A program made the position numbers and the translations under genes. From Escherichia coli (GTDB lineage Bacteria; Pseudomonadota; Gammaproteobacteria; Enterobacterales; Enterobacteriaceae), in NCBI RefSeq assembly GCF_036503815.1, contig NZ_AP027764.1:2309298-2341297 (forward strand): DNA of 32,000 nt, given 5' to 3'. The notes below the pieces were generated by a model that was not told the DNA's origin, made no database searches, and saw nothing but the letters and a program-made list of their open reading frames with translations. Below are positions 1 through 11,338 of the stretch, one piece after another; the stretch's first letter is position 1, and the number at the start of each line of letters is the position of its first letter.

Positions 1-353
1 GCGCAGAGCTGGCGATTGCGGCGCAACCGTTTATTAAATAGCGGCTGCTGCTCTTTGATTAATCGCGCTTCAAGGAGTAGAGCGCCGATTTCGCCTGCGG
101 TGCAGATCCAGCAAATTCGCCGGGATTGCCGTAGCATGGCGGCTTCATCCGGGGTGCGTAAATGAGAAAGCACCCGACTGCGGATATTAACGCTTTTGCC
201 GATATAGAGCGGCATGGTGTCACTTTCGCCATGAAACAGATACACCCCTGGTCGGGTGGGTAAGTCATTAAGGAATGATCGTAAATGTTCGGGATATTCA
301 TAAATTGCCGCAGCTTCAAATTCGAGCCGCGGAGAAGTTAAACGCCGTACCAC
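1..353 (-). CDS. cho: Excinuclease Cho (UvrC homologue), N-terminal GIY-YIG part; the 3' end runs off the window
   Basis: Not in the ORF track. Reverse complement from 353 reads GTG then VRRLTSPRLEFEAAAIYEYPEHLRSFLNDLPTRPGVYLFHGESDTMPLYIGKSVNIRSRVLSHLR... and stays open to position 1. It has a GIY-YIG-type motif (GVYLF...LYIG), a GGAG about 8 nt upstream and a LexA box just beyond. Matches my memory of E. coli Cho (YdjQ). Confidence 0.9.
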   Translation of the reverse strand, partial: MVRRLTSPRLEFEAAAIYEYPEHLRSFLNDLPTRPGVYLFHGESDTMPLYIGKSVNIRSRVLSHLRTPDEAAMLRQSRRICWICTAGEIGALLLEARLIKEQQPLFNKRLRRNRQLC

Positions 354-368
354 TGTTGACTCCGAGTG

Positions 369-384
369 CTGGTTATCTATCCAG
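369..384. promoter_or_regulatory. LexA (SOS) box of cho
   Basis: ctggttatctatccag is CTG-N10-CAG with an AT-rich centre, 15 nt upstream of the cho GTG. It matches the published ydjQ/cho SOS box (CTGGATAGATAACCAG on the gene strand). Confidence 0.85.
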
Positions 385-503
385 TGTAACAGGTGGGGAG
401 CGATTAAAAAAGAGGCGGGTCGATGACAAAGGTTACACCATGAGACGTGCTACGCCTGTCAGGCCTATTCGACTCCTGCAATGTATTGAATTTGCATAGT
501 TTT

Positions 504-548
504 GTAGGTCGAATAAGGCGTTCACGCCGCATCCGGCGTGAACAAAGG
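504..548. repeat. REP (repetitive extragenic palindrome) element between nadE and cho
   Basis: The reverse complement reads ...GTTCACGCCGGATGCGGCGTGAACGCCTTATTCGACCTAC, the typical REP consensus. There is a perfect 10-bp stem (520-529 with 534-543) and a 4-nt loop. Confidence 0.85.
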
Positions 549-582
549 GCTCTTTTTCGCACAAGCCAATATGTGCAAATTA

Positions 583-1410
583 TTACTTTTTCCAGAAATC
601 ATCGAAAACGGTAATTGGCGGACGGCGTTTATGTTCAGTTTTCAGATACCAGTTCTCTATTGTTCTGGCGACCTGTTCAGGTACGTTTTTCCCTTCCAGA
701 TAGTCGTCGATATTGTCATAGGTCACGCCGAGTGCCACTTCATCTGGCAGAGAAGGGCGATCATCTTCCAGATCGGCCGTTGGGGCTTTCTTATAAAGAT
801 GTTCCGGACAACCTAATGCCGCCAGTAACTGTTTACCCTGACGTTTGTTGAGGCGATACAGCGGATTAATGTCCGTACCGCCGTCACCATATTTAGTGAA
901 GAATCCGGTAATGGCTTCTGCTGCATGATCGGTGCCCACCACGACACCGCTGGTCATACCCGCAATGCTATATTGTGCTTTCATCCGCTCACGCGCTTTT
1001 TCATTGCCACGGACAAAATCACTTAATTCAATACCCGCTTCGCGCAGCGCCTGTTCGCTGGCCAATACCGCGCCCTTGATATTAACGGTTAATACACGAT
1101 CCGGTTGAATAAAGGCAATGGCATCCTGACAATCTTGTTCGTCGGCCTGAACACCATAGGGCAGGCGTACGGCAATAAATTGCAGCGATTCGTTGCCGGT
1201 TTCCTGGCGCAGCTCATTAATCGCCATCTGGCACAGCTTACCGGCAAGCGTGGAGTCCTGACCGCCGCTGATCCCGAGCACCAGTGATTTAATGAACGGA
1301 TAAGTTTGCAGGTAGCTTTTCAGAAAATCGACACTACGACGAATTTCCTCTTCAGCATTAATCTGCGGTTTTGCGCCCAGCGCCTTTATTATTTGTTGTT
1401 GCAATGTCAT
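583..1410 (-). CDS. nadE: NH3-dependent NAD+ synthetase
   Basis: 275-aa ORF with the PP-loop ATP-pyrophosphatase motif GISGGQDS. The sequence matches remembered E. coli NadE ([31 protein letters not shown]...). Confidence 0.97.
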
Positions 1411-1611
1411 TGAACCCCTCCAGACAGAAAAGACAAAACTTCCTTAAAGCTAACCCGTTGCTACTGAAACGACAAGCGACAGCGGGCTGAATGGTGGTTA
1501 AAACGTCATACAGGAATCCTCTGAAAGCGGAGCCGTTTCGTTCACGGGCTTGAAAAAGCGCCCAATGTATTCCAGGCTTATCTAACACGCTGATAAACAA
1601 GAGGACGGAAT

Positions 1612-1950
1612 ATGAACAAGAATATGGCAGGAATTCTGAGTGCAGCGGCGGTATTAACCATGCTGGCGGGTTGTACGGCTTATGATCGTACCAAAGACCA
1701 GTTTGTACAGCCTGTGGTGAAAGACGTCAAAAAAGGCATGAGCCGGGCGCAGGTTGCACAAATTGCGGGTAAACCTTCGTCTGAAGTGAGCATGATTCAT
1801 GCTCGTGGTACTTGCCAGACCTACATCCTGGGTCAACGTGATGGTAAAGCAGAAACCTACTTTGTCGCGTTAGATGATACCGGACATGTCATCAACTCCG
1901 GTTATCAGACCTGTGCTGAATACGACACTGATCCACAGGCTGCGAAGTAA
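1612..1950 (+). CDS. osmE: Osmotically inducible lipoprotein OsmE
   Basis: 112-aa ORF with a signal peptide ending in the lipobox LAGC ([21 protein letters not shown]). It is divergent from nadE, as in E. coli. Confidence 0.95.
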
Positions 1951-1981
1951 TCACTTCGTCTGAAAGCTTGAGTAACAACGG

Positions 1982-2008
1982 AAACCGGCCATTGCGCCGG
2001 TTTTTTTT
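1982..2008 (+). terminator. Rho-independent terminator of osmE
   Basis: aaaccggc / gccggttt stem with a 6-nt loop, followed by a T8 run, about 30 nt after the osmE stop. Confidence 0.85.
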
Positions 2009-2019
2009 GGCCTGTGTTC

Positions 2020-2042
2020 TTAATTATCTTCGCGAATTATTT
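2020..2042. promoter_or_regulatory. Candidate NagC operator (distal) of the chb promoter
   Basis: ttaattatcttcgcgaattattt has AT-rich arms around a central palindrome TTCGCGAA. It sits immediately upstream of the CAP-like site, fitting the published NagC / CAP / ChbR / NagC architecture. A second similar core, tttcgcaa (2165-2172), could be the proximal NagC site. Assigned by position and pattern only. Confidence 0.45.
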
Positions 2043-2047
2043 GCCCG

Positions 2048-2069
2048 AAATGTGAAGAGGGTCATAACC
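2048..2069. promoter_or_regulatory. CRP (CAP) binding site of the chb promoter
   Basis: aaaTGTGAagagggTCATAacc has a perfect TGTGA left half, a 6-bp spacer, and a right half one mismatch from TCACA. Confidence 0.65.
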
Positions 2070-2071
2070 AC

Positions 2072-2104
2072 AGGTCAAGGAGAGACAATTTATAAGGTCA
2101 AAGA
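2072..2104 (+). promoter_or_regulatory. Direct repeats, probable ChbR binding site
   Basis: aggtcaagga (2072-2081) and aggtcaaaga (2095-2104) are direct repeats 23 bp apart start to start. They lie between the CAP site and the chbB promoter, consistent with the reported ChbR direct-repeat site. Confidence 0.55.
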
Positions 2105-2248
2105 AATACTATTGCTCAGGTCTATACCGTATACTCCTTTCAGCCACAAAAAAAGTCATGTTGGTTTCGCAAGTTACCCAGAGCATGGAAGCAGGTTAAG
2201 GCTTGCGGAGTGTCTGGCTGACAGATAATCGTCGATGAGGGCAGTTTT

Positions 2249-2569
2249 ATGGAAAAGAAACACATTTATCTGTTTTGTTCTGCGGGCATGTCTACCTCTT
2301 TACTGGTATCAAAAATGCGCGCACAGGCAGAAAAATATGAAGTTCCGGTCATTATTGAAGCATTTCCGGAAACACTGGCTGGTGAAAAAGGTCAGAATGC
2401 CGATGTCGTGTTATTAGGGCCGCAGATTGCTTATATGTTGCCCGAAATCCAGCGTTTGTTACCCAACAAACCGGTTGAAGTAATTGACTCGCTGCTTTAT
2501 GGCAAAGTCGATGGTTTAGGCGTGCTTAAGGCTGCGGTTGCAGCGATTAAAAAAGCCGCAGCAAATTAA
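2249..2569 (+). CDS. chbB: PTS chitobiose-specific EIIB component
   Basis: 106-aa ORF with the lactose/cellobiose-family IIB phospho-cysteine context ([12 protein letters not shown]). It is the first gene of the six-gene chb cluster. Confidence 0.96.
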   Translation: MEKKHIYLFCSAGMSTSLLVSKMRAQAEKYEVPVIIEAFPETLAGEKGQNADVVLLGPQIAYMLPEIQRLLPNKPVEVIDSLLYGKVDGLGVLKAAVAAIKKAAAN

Positions 2570-2584
2570 TTTATTTTAAATTTT

Positions 2585-2596
2585 CCCGTCAAAGAG
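2585..2596 (+). promoter_or_regulatory. ChiX (MicM) sRNA pairing site (decoy/trap) in the chbB-chbC spacer
   Basis: cccgtcaaagag is the exact complement of the CUCUUUGACGGG core of ChiX as I remember it. The chbBC intergenic region is the established ChiX trap. Confidence 0.8.
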
Positions 2597-2613
2597 TTAT
2601 TTCATAAATCAAT

Positions 2614-2639
2614 ACCGCAATATTTAAATTGCGGTTTTT
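2614..2639 (+). terminator. Terminator-like hairpin inside the chb operon (chbB-chbC spacer)
   Basis: accgcaat / attgcggt is a perfect 8-bp stem with a 6-nt loop, followed by TTTTT, 14 nt before the chbC ATG. Confidence 0.6.
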
Positions 2640-2653
2640 AAGGGTATTTTTCT

Positions 2654-4012
2654 ATGAGTAATGTTATTGCATCGCTTGAAAAGGTACTCCTCCCTTTTGC
2701 AGTTAAAATAGGAAAGCAGCCACACGTTAATGCAATCAAAAATGGCTTTATTCGCTTAATGCCGTTAACCCTTGCGGGGGCCATGTTTGTATTAATTAAC
2801 AACGTTTTTCTAAGCTTTGGGGAGGGGTCGTTTTTTTATTCCTTAGGTATTCGCCTGGATGCCTCAACCATTGAAACACTTAATGGTCTGAAAGGTATTG
2901 GCGGCAACGTATATAACGGAACATTAGGGATAATGTCTTTAATGGCACCGTTCTTTATTGGCATGGCGCTGGCAGAAGAGCGTAAAGTCGATGCGCTGGC
3001 GGCTGGGTTGTTATCCGTTGCAGCATTTATGACCGTCACCCCATATAGTGTCGGTGAGGCCTATGCGGTTGGCGCAAACTGGTTAGGTGGGGCGAATATC
3101 ATCTCCGGGATTATTATTGGCCTGGTGGTGGCAGAAATGTTTACCTTTATTGTCCGCCGCAATTGGGTCATTAAATTGCCCGACAGCGTACCTGCTTCAG
3201 TATCGCGTTCCTTCTCGGCATTAATTCCCGGCTTTATTATTCTTTCCGTGATGGGGATTATTGCCTGGGCGTTGAATACCTGGGGCACCAACTTCCATCA
3301 GATCATTATGGATACCATCTCAACCCCACTGGCATCGTTGGGTAGCGTGGTGGGCTGGGCCTATGTGATCTTTGTTCCACTGCTCTGGTTCTTCGGTATT
3401 CATGGTGCGCTGGCGCTGACCGCACTGGACAACGGCATTATGACGCCGTGGGCGCTGGAAAATATCGCGACCTATCAGCAATATGGTTCCGTCGAAGCGG
3501 CGCTGGCAGCCGGTAAGACCTTCCATATCTGGGCCAAGCCGATGCTGGACTCCTTTATTTTCCTTGGGGGCAGTGGTGCGACTTTAGGCCTGATCCTGGC
3601 TATCTTTATCGCCTCTCGCCGTGCTGATTATCGTCAGGTGGCAAAACTGGCGCTGCCGTCCGGCATCTTCCAGATTAACGAACCGATTCTGTTTGGTTTG
3701 CCAATTATCATGAACCCGGTGATGTTTATCCCGTTTGTACTGGTGCAACCGATTCTGGCGGCAATCACTCTGGCAGCGTACTACATGGGCATTATTCCTC
3801 CGGTGACCAATATTGCACCGTGGACCATGCCAACCGGTCTGGGGGCCTTCTTTAACACCAACGGTAGCGTCGCCGCATTGCTGGTCGCACTCTTCAACCT
3901 TGGTATCGCAACGTTAATTTATCTGCCCTTTGTTGTGGTCGCTAACAAAGCACAAAACACGATTGATAAAGAAGAGAGCGAAGAAGATATCGCTAATGCC
4001 CTGAAATTTTAA
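2654..4012 (+). CDS. chbC: PTS chitobiose-specific EIIC permease
   Basis: 452-aa polytopic hydrophobic ORF between the IIB and IIA genes. Matches remembered E. coli ChbC. Confidence 0.96.
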   Translation: MSNVIASLEKVLLPFAVKIGKQPHVNAIKNGFIRLMPLTLAGAMFVLINNVFLSFGEGSFFYSLGIRLDASTIETLNGLKGIGGNVYNGTLGIMSLMAPFFIGMALAEERKVDALAAGLLSVAAFMTVTPYSVGEAYAVGANWLGGANIISGIIIGLVVAEMFTFIVRRNWVIKLPDSVPASVSRSFSALIPGFIILSVMGIIAWALNTWGTNFHQIIMDTISTPLASLGSVVGWAYVIFVPLLWFFGIHGALALTALDNGIMTPWALENIATYQQYGSVEAALAAGKTFHIWAKPMLDSFIFLGGSGATLGLILAIFIASRRADYRQVAKLALPSGIFQINEPILFGLPIIMNPVMFIPFVLVQPILAAITLAAYYMGIIPPVTNIAPWTMPTGLGAFFNTNGSVAALLVALFNLGIATLIYLPFVVVANKAQNTIDKEESEEDIANALKF

Positions 4013-4062
4013 TCGATGCCGGTAGGAGTAATCGTGCCGGCAAGAAAAGAGAGGAACGATGT

Positions 4063-4413
4063 ATGATGGATCTCGATAACATTCCCGATACGCAAACAGA
4101 AGCTGAAGAGCTGGAAGAAGTGGTGATGGGACTTATCATCAACTCCGGACAAGCGCGCAGCCTGGCGTATGCCGCACTGAAACAGGCGAAGCAGGGCGAT
4201 TTTGCCGCAGCAAAAGCCATGATGGATCAGTCACGGATGGCATTGAATGAAGCGCATCTGGTACAGACGAAACTGATTGAAGGCGATGCGGGCGAAGGTA
4301 AGATGAAAGTGAGTCTGGTGCTGGTCCACGCTCAGGATCATTTAATGACGTCCATGCTTGCGCGTGAACTGATTACTGAATTAATTGAGCTTCATGAAAA
4401 ACTGAAGGCATAA
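4063..4413 (+). CDS. chbA: PTS chitobiose-specific EIIA component
   Basis: 116-aa helical ORF ([33 protein letters not shown]...) with the conserved His region VHAQDHL. Confidence 0.96.
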   Translation: MMDLDNIPDTQTEAEELEEVVMGLIINSGQARSLAYAALKQAKQGDFAAAKAMMDQSRMALNEAHLVQTKLIEGDAGEGKMKVSLVLVHAQDHLMTSMLARELITELIELHEKLKA

Positions 4414-4420
4414 GGAGTTG

Positions 4421-5263
4421 ATGATGCAGCCAGTGATTAACGCGCCGGAAATTGCCACTGCCCGAGAACAGCAGTTGTTTAATGGCAAAAACTTCCATGT
4501 GTTTATCTACAACAAAACTGAGAGTATCAGCGGACTGCATCAGCACGACTATTATGAATTTACTCTGGTATTAACCGGGCGTTACTTCCAGGAGATTAAT
4601 GGTAAGCGCGTGTTACTGGAACGGGGCGATTTTGTTTTTATTCCGTTAGGTTCGCACCATCAAAGTTTTTATGAGTTTGGTGCCACGCGCATATTGAACG
4701 TTGGGATCAGTAAACGCTTTTTTGAGCAGCATTACCTGCCGTTGTTGCCTTATTGCTTTGTCGCTTCGCAGGTATACCGGACCAATAACGCTTTTCTCAC
4801 CTATGTGGAAACAGTGATTTCTTCATTGAATTTCCGCGAAACAGGGCTGGAAGAGTTTGTTGAGATGGTGACTTTTTATGTCATTAACCGTTTGCGTCAT
4901 TACCGCGAAGAACAGGTGATTGATGATGTACCGCAGTGGCTGAAAAGTACGGTAGAAAAGATGCATGATAAAGAGCAGTTTAGTGAATCGGCGCTGGAGA
5001 ATATGGTGACGTTGTCAGCCAAATCACAGGAATATTTGACGCGAGCGACTCAACGATATTATGGCAAAACACCAATGCAGATTATTAATGAGATCCGTAT
5101 TAATTTTGCCAAAAAACAACTGGAAATGACCAACTATTCCGTGACGGATATTGCGTTTGAGGCCGGTTATAGTAGCCCGAGCTTGTTTATTAAAACGTTT
5201 AAGAAATTAACGTCCTTTACGCCTAAGAGCTATCGTAAGAAATTGACTGAATTTAATCAGTAA
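4421..5263 (+). CDS. chbR: AraC-family dual regulator of the chb operon
   Basis: The track ORF starts at TTG 4418. I prefer ATG 4421 (280 aa, GGAG 6 nt upstream). The C-terminus carries an AraC-type HTH ([36 protein letters not shown]). Confidence 0.93.
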   Translation: MMQPVINAPEIATAREQQLFNGKNFHVFIYNKTESISGLHQHDYYEFTLVLTGRYFQEINGKRVLLERGDFVFIPLGSHHQSFYEFGATRILNVGISKRFFEQHYLPLLPYCFVASQVYRTNNAFLTYVETVISSLNFRETGLEEFVEMVTFYVINRLRHYREEQVIDDVPQWLKSTVEKMHDKEQFSESALENMVTLSAKSQEYLTRATQRYYGKTPMQIINEIRINFAKKQLEMTNYSVTDIAFEAGYSSPSLFIKTFKKLTSFTPKSYRKKLTEFNQ

Positions 5264-5365
5264 GTCGTTATACCTGACAATTAACATATCTGTCCTGTTG
5301 CTGGATTATTTATGTCCGGGGGCAGATATGCCAGATATCAGTATTCTGTACTGAAGGGAGAAATT

Positions 5366-6718
5366 ATGAGCCAGAAATTAAAAGTCGTCACTATTGGTGG
5401 CGGGAGCAGCTATACCCCGGAATTACTGGAAGGATTTATTAAGCGTTATCACGAATTGCCGGTCAGCGAATTATGGCTGGTGGATGTCGAAGATGGTAAA
5501 GAGAAACTGGATATTATTTTTGATCTCTGCCAACGGATGATTGATAACGCTGGCGTCCCGATGAAGCTTTATAAAACGCTGGATCGCCGCGAAGCATTGA
5601 AAGATGCTGATTTCGTTACTACCCAACTGCGCGTAGGCCAATTACCGGCGCGCGAACTGGATGAACGTATTCCATTAAGTCATGGTTATCTTGGTCAGGA
5701 AACTAACGGCGCGGGCGGTTTGTTTAAAGGTCTGCGTACCATTCCGGTGATTTTTGACATCGTAAAAGATGTCGAAGAACTTTGTCCGAATGCATGGGTG
5801 ATTAACTTCACTAACCCGGCGGGAATGGTCACTGAAGCCGTTTATCGTCATACCGGATTTAAACGCTTTATCGGCGTGTGTAATATTCCGATCGGCATGA
5901 AGATGTTTATTCGCGATGTTCTGATGCTGAAAGACAGCGATGATTTATCTATCGATTTGTTCGGCCTCAACCATATGGTGTTCATTAAGGATGTGCTGGT
6001 AAATGGCAAATCACGCTTTGCCGAATTGCTTGATGGTGTGGCATCCGGGCAGTTAAAAGCATCTGGCGTTAAAAATATTTTCGATCTGCCATTTAGCGAA
6101 GGCTTAATTCGTTCTCTGAATCTGTTGCCGTGTTCTTATTTGCTTTATTACTTCAAGCAAAAAGAGATGCTGGCTATTGAAATGGGCGAATACTACAAAG
6201 GCGGCGCACGTGCGCAGGTAGTACAGAAAGTCGAGAAACAACTTTTTGAGCTATATAAAAACCCGGAGTTGAAAGTTAAGCCGAAAGAACTGGAACAGCG
6301 CGGTGGGGCTTATTACTCTGATGCAGCGTGCGAAGTGATCAACGCTATCTACAACGATAAGCAAGCAGAACATTACGTTAATATCCCGCATCATGGGCAT
6401 ATTGATAATATTCCGGCAGACTGGGCGGTAGAAATGACCTGTACGCTGGGGCGCGATGGCGCGACGCCACATCCGCGCATTACGCATTTCGATGATAAAG
6501 TGATGGGGCTGATTCACACCATCAAAGGCTTCGAGATTGCTGCCAGCAACGCCGCACTTAGCGGGGAATTTAACGATGTGTTACTGGCGCTAAACCTTAG
6601 TCCGTTGGTGCATTCCGATCGCGATGCTGAGCTGCTGGCACGCGAGATGATTCTGGCGCACGAGAAATGGCTGCCAAATTTTGCCGACTGCATCGCAGAG
6701 CTTAAAAAAGCACATTAA
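5366..6718 (+). CDS. chbF: 6-phospho-beta-glucosidase (GH4, NAD/Mn-dependent), chitobiose-6-P hydrolase
   Basis: The track ORF begins at 5312, but ATG 5366 has a GAAGGGAG ribosome-binding site and gives the 450-aa MSQKLKVVTIGGGSSYTPELLEG... GH4 N-terminal dinucleotide-binding motif. Confidence 0.94.
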   Translation: MSQKLKVVTIGGGSSYTPELLEGFIKRYHELPVSELWLVDVEDGKEKLDIIFDLCQRMIDNAGVPMKLYKTLDRREALKDADFVTTQLRVGQLPARELDERIPLSHGYLGQETNGAGGLFKGLRTIPVIFDIVKDVEELCPNAWVINFTNPAGMVTEAVYRHTGFKRFIGVCNIPIGMKMFIRDVLMLKDSDDLSIDLFGLNHMVFIKDVLVNGKSRFAELLDGVASGQLKASGVKNIFDLPFSEGLIRSLNLLPCSYLLYYFKQKEMLAIEMGEYYKGGARAQVVQKVEKQLFELYKNPELKVKPKELEQRGGAYYSDAACEVINAIYNDKQAEHYVNIPHHGHIDNIPADWAVEMTCTLGRDGATPHPRITHFDDKVMGLIHTIKGFEIAASNAALSGEFNDVLLALNLSPLVHSDRDAELLAREMILAHEKWLPNFADCIAELKKAH

Positions 6719-7489
<771 letters not shown>

Positions 7490-7499
7490 GTAAGGTGGT

Positions 7500-7527
7500 A
7501 AGGTCACTCCCCAGGGGGCGTGACCTT
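7500..7527. terminator. Shared hairpin between the convergent chbG and katE
   Basis: aaggtcac...gtgacctt is an outer 8-bp stem enclosing cccc/gggg pairs, centred in the 46-bp convergent spacer. There is no clean U-tract on either side. Confidence 0.5.
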
Positions 7528-7535
7528 ATCCATAT

Positions 7536-9797
7536 TTACGCCGGGATTTTGTCAATCTTAGGAATGCGTGACCACACGCGGTGTGCTGCCATCAGCGTTA
7601 ACAGTTCATCCATAAAACTACCATCGGCGCTGTCAGCTTCCACAATCCCTTCTTCACCCTGGTCAGCGACCTTGATTGTTGCTTTAAACTTGCGCGCGTC
7701 TCCCGCCAGCGCAATCGGTTTAAGGTGTTTGTAGGCTTCCATCAGGTAGTAGTTGGCATCGCCGTTGTCAGCGATATCCGCGATATTGCCGCAAGGGACA
7801 ATAACCGCATCGACCGTCAGCGAAGGCGCTCCGGCAAATGTAGCGGCTATAGGCAGCACCGTACCGTCATCCGCAGTCACTTCACCCATTCGGGAGTAGA
7901 GCAGTTTGGCATGAACGCCTTTGGCCTTCAGCGCCTTGAGAATGGCCAGAAGGTCTGCCGATCTCACTTCATCATTAAGCAAAATCGCTACCACGCGACC
8001 TTTTACATCACCGTCAGGAATGGCGTACAGACTTAAGGATGGATCCTTTTTCAGACCGTTGACGTCCGGAGGCGGGGTGATATTCAGCTGGTCGTCAGTC
8101 AGTTCGATACCGAGATTTTTCGCCACCGCCTGGGCCAGAGTGAGATCAATATGCGCCAGCTGGTCAACAACGCGCTCACGAATATACGGACGAACTACTT
8201 TGCTTAACTCAAAACTGAAACCATCGACAATATGGCGCTGCTCGAATGGCGTCTGACTTAGCCAGAACAGACGCGGATGGGAATAATATTCGCCAAACGA
8301 TGGGCTGCGCTCGCGAACTTTATTGCCTTCCACGCGCTCCTGGTATGATTCAAAACCGCCGCGTTTCGGCCCCGGCGGTGTTTCGCGCGGCCAGTTATCG
8401 TTGATCGAGTTCGGTTCGTAATTCGCCGGGTTAGTGTCGATCCCCATACGATGCATGCCGTCACGCTGGAAATTATGGTAAGGGCAGGTCGGGCGGTTAA
8501 TCGGAATCTCATGGAAATTGGGTCCGCCAAGACGACTGATTTGTGTATCGGTATAAGAGAACAAACGCCCCTGCAACAGCGGATCGTTGGTGAAATCCAG
8601 ACCGGGGACAATATGCCCAGGATGGAAAGCCGCCTGTTCGTTTTCGGCAAAGAAGTTATCCGGGTTGCGATTGAGCACCATTTTGCCAACCCGCTGAACG
8701 GGTACCAGTTCTTCCGGGATGAGTTTGGTTGGATCGAGAAGATCGAAGTCAAACTTGAATTCATCTTCTTCAGGAATCAACTGGAAGCCCAGTTCGTATT
8801 CCGGAAAATCGCCTGCTTCGATGGCTTCCCACAACTCGCGGCGGTGGAAGTCCGGGTCACGTCCGGTTAGTTTTTGTGCTTCATCCCAAACGAGTGAGGC
8901 TTTACCTGCCAGTGGTTTCCAGTGGAAACGTACGAACGTTGCCTTCCCTTCAGCATTAATCAGGCGGAAGGTGTGAATACCGAAGCCTTCCATGGTGCGG
9001 TAACTGCGCGGGATCCCGCGATCCGACATCGCCCACATCACGTTGTGCAGAGTTTCAGGTTGCAGAGAAACATAATCCCAGAAAGTATCGTGGGCGCTTT
9101 GCCCTTGTGGGATTGCCCAGTGCGGTTCTGGTTTTACCGCATGAACAAAATCGGGGAATTTATGCGCATCCTGGATAAAGAAGATTGGCGTGTTATTGCC
9201 AACAAGGTCAAAAATACCCTCTTCGGTATAGAATTTGGTGGCAAAGCCACGGATATCACGCACCGTATCCGCCGAGCCAGCACCACCCTGAACGGTAGAG
9301 AAACGTACAAATACTGGGGTGATTTTGTTGGGGTCTGACAGAAAATCCGCTTTGGTGATATCGCTTAAGCTTTTATATGGCTGGAAATAACCGTGAGCGG
9401 CTGAGCCGCGCGCATGAACAATTCGTTCCGGGATGCGCTCATGGTCAAAGTGAGTGATTTTCTCGCGCAGAATAAAATCTTCCAGCAGTGTTGGGCCACG
9501 GCTACCGGCGCGTAGGGAGTTTTGATCATCGGCGATGCGTACACCCTGGTTGGTGGTAAGTGCATAATTTTCACTGCCTTTACGCACGTCCTCCAGGGAG
9601 TTCAGCTTTTCATTACGTGTATCAGGGGCTTTCAGACTCCCTGGCGCGGTTGGCTGCGCTCCCGGTGGCGTCGGTTCAGCCGCTGGACGATGGGAACCGT
9701 CCTCAGGTGCCAGTGAGTCCATCCCCGGTTTCGCTTCGCTGGAATCGTGTAGTGGTGACTGGTGCTGATGTGGGTTCTTTTCGTTATGTTGCGACAT
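7536..9797 (-). CDS. katE: Catalase HPII (large-subunit monofunctional catalase)
   Basis: 753-aa ORF with a catalase core ([31 protein letters not shown]) and the long C-terminal flavodoxin/DJ-1-like extension typical of HPII. Confidence 0.97.
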   Translation of the reverse strand: MSQHNEKNPHQHQSPLHDSSEAKPGMDSLAPEDGSHRPAAEPTPPGAQPTAPGSLKAPDTRNEKLNSLEDVRKGSENYALTTNQGVRIADDQNSLRAGSRGPTLLEDFILREKITHFDHERIPERIVHARGSAAHGYFQPYKSLSDITKADFLSDPNKITPVFVRFSTVQGGAGSADTVRDIRGFATKFYTEEGIFDLVGNNTPIFFIQDAHKFPDFVHAVKPEPHWAIPQGQSAHDTFWDYVSLQPETLHNVMWAMSDRGIPRSYRTMEGFGIHTFRLINAEGKATFVRFHWKPLAGKASLVWDEAQKLTGRDPDFHRRELWEAIEAGDFPEYELGFQLIPEEDEFKFDFDLLDPTKLIPEELVPVQRVGKMVLNRNPDNFFAENEQAAFHPGHIVPGLDFTNDPLLQGRLFSYTDTQISRLGGPNFHEIPINRPTCPYHNFQRDGMHRMGIDTNPANYEPNSINDNWPRETPPGPKRGGFESYQERVEGNKVRERSPSFGEYYSHPRLFWLSQTPFEQRHIVDGFSFELSKVVRPYIRERVVDQLAHIDLTLAQAVAKNLGIELTDDQLNITPPPDVNGLKKDPSLSLYAIPDGDVKGRVVAILLNDEVRSADLLAILKALKAKGVHAKLLYSRMGEVTADDGTVLPIAATFAGAPSLTVDAVIVPCGNIADIADNGDANYYLMEAYKHLKPIALAGDARKFKATIKVADQGEEGIVEADSADGSFMDELLTLMAAHRVWSRIPKIDKIPA

Positions 9798-10000
9798 TGA
9801 ACTCGTCTCCTTAATGTATTACTGAAAGGGCCGCTGTTTTGGTCAAAAAACTCTCTAACTATAGACCACCAGCCAGATCCCGCTTCGGAGACTATTCTGG
9901 AAACGGTGTTATGAAATACACGCAAAGCGGGACGTACAGGGGCTAAATCGGCTAAACTACAGTTTTTCTGATTTTTAATATGCGTTTAGTGAAGCCAGTA

Positions 10001-10243
10001 ATGAAGAAACCGCTCCGTCAGCAAAACCGCCAGATTATTAGCTATGTCCCACGCACGGAACCCGCGCCGCCAGAACATGCGATAAAGATGGATTCGTTTC
10101 GTGATGTCTGGATGCTGCGTGGCAAATATGTTGCGTTTGTACTGATGGGAGAGTCATTTCTGCGCTCACCGGTGTTTACTGTGCCTGAATCCGCCCAGCG
10201 TTGGGCAAATCAGATCCGCCAGGAAGGGGAAGTGACTGAGTAA
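10001..10243 (+). CDS. cedA: Cell-division activator CedA
   Basis: The ORF is open from ATG 9980 (87 aa). The 80-aa form starting MKKPLRQQNRQIISYVPRTEPAPPEH... at 10001 is the one I remember as the curated product. The start is uncertain and neither ATG has a good SD. Confidence 0.85.
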   Translation: MKKPLRQQNRQIISYVPRTEPAPPEHAIKMDSFRDVWMLRGKYVAFVLMGESFLRSPVFTVPESAQRWANQIRQEGEVTE

Positions 10244-10531
10244 GGATTACGTACCTCCCGGTTTTGCCGGGAGTTACATGGCCTGAAATTTTGTATTTCA
10301 TTGCTACATTCATTCAAACCACCTGTAACAAAAAGCTGCCTTTGACGATCTATTGCTATAAATAAGTGATCTTTTTTCTTTAATTGTTTATTTATTTTAA
10401 AATGGTTAAGTTTTGCTAATCATGATGAGCTATTTTTGATAGTTCATCCTGTGGCGTCGCTCTTAAACTTATATTGTAAATGACTTAGATTTAAATGAGA
10501 TAATAATTTTGTTAACAATATGAGGCGGGAG

Positions 10532-11335
10532 ATGTTTTCTACAAACTTAATACAGAGTAATTATGGTGATTTAAATATTAAAAGCCTGGCTTTCGACTCT
10601 TTTAAAGAAAGGCTGCAGTCTACTATGACAGCACTCACTTTCTTTATATCAACGGGGCAATGTGACTGCGATGAAATAGCAGAATCAAACTTTAATTATA
10701 TGATTGCCTATATGTCTAACATTAACTATGATGCCTCAAAGCCAGGAGCGCCAGCACTTAGTTTTGATACATATCTGCAGGACAATGTTAAATATAGAGT
10801 AATAATTAATAATCTTTATGGTAGTGAAATTCGGATAAGAGGTATAAATAAAGATTTTATTGGAATGGATGTCGCTTCTGTATTTCGCCCAGAAAAGATG
10901 ACCAATTTGATCAATATAAAAAACAGGTTGGTTATTCACTATTTAAGGACTATATACTATGAACAAAATTATATACATCCTGCCGAGAGTATTTTTTCTG
11001 CAATTCAAAAAAATGAGAGTCTCCTAAAGTTTCCTTCGGTAATATCAATGCTTAATGTCAATCTTCTTTTTAATCCACTGAATCTTCCGGGAATGGGAAG
11101 TGGTGTGCTTGAAGAGATTATGAGTATTTCAGATAGTTCACTTAGAAAACGTCTTGGGTATGAGGTTTTAAGCTTCTCGCTACAAGCACATTCATTGAGT
11201 CAGGAATGTATTGATAAGTTAGCCATTTTTTTCGCTGACGATCTGTTTAAATATGAGTCAGTATGCATCGCCGCGATGGAACATTTAAAAAGTAAGGCAA
11301 CGGCCCCTATACAAAACGGACCGTTGCCAGCATAA
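10532..11335 (+). CDS. ydjO: Uncharacterised protein YdjO (AT-rich orphan)
   Basis: The track ORF starts at 10520. ATG 10532 has GAGG 6 nt upstream and gives the 267-aa MFSTNLIQSNYGDLNIK... product remembered for K-12 YdjO. I recognise no motif. Confidence 0.8.
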   Translation: MFSTNLIQSNYGDLNIKSLAFDSFKERLQSTMTALTFFISTGQCDCDEIAESNFNYMIAYMSNINYDASKPGAPALSFDTYLQDNVKYRVIINNLYGSEIRIRGINKDFIGMDVASVFRPEKMTNLINIKNRLVIHYLRTIYYEQNYIHPAESIFSAIQKNESLLKFPSVISMLNVNLLFNPLNLPGMGSGVLEEIMSISDSSLRKRLGYEVLSFSLQAHSLSQECIDKLAIFFADDLFKYESVCIAAMEHLKSKATAPIQNGPLPA

Positions 11336-11338
11336 GAA

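Noticed and set aside
59-319. 86-aa minus-strand ORF from the track (MKLRQFMNIPNIYDH...)
   Set aside because: It is the wrong frame of cho. The adjacent frame, starting at GTG 353, gives the recognisable GIY-YIG Cho N-terminus and stays open to the window edge.
1968-2417. 86-aa and 60-aa plus-strand ORFs covering the chb promoter region and the chbB start
   Set aside because: They overlap the CAP, ChbR and NagC regulatory DNA and the chbB frame. They have no SD and an implausible composition.
5312-5365. 18-codon N-terminal extension of chbF in the track ORF
   Set aside because: ATG 5366 has a strong GAAGGGAG SD and begins the conserved GH4 N-terminus. The upstream ATG has none.
7725-9814. 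Multiple 60-170-aa ORFs in alternative frames within katE (for example 8258-8764, 8451-8870, 8922-9338)
   Set aside because: All are nested in the 753-aa catalase gene, whose frame carries the catalase motifs. The nested ORFs have no independent signals.
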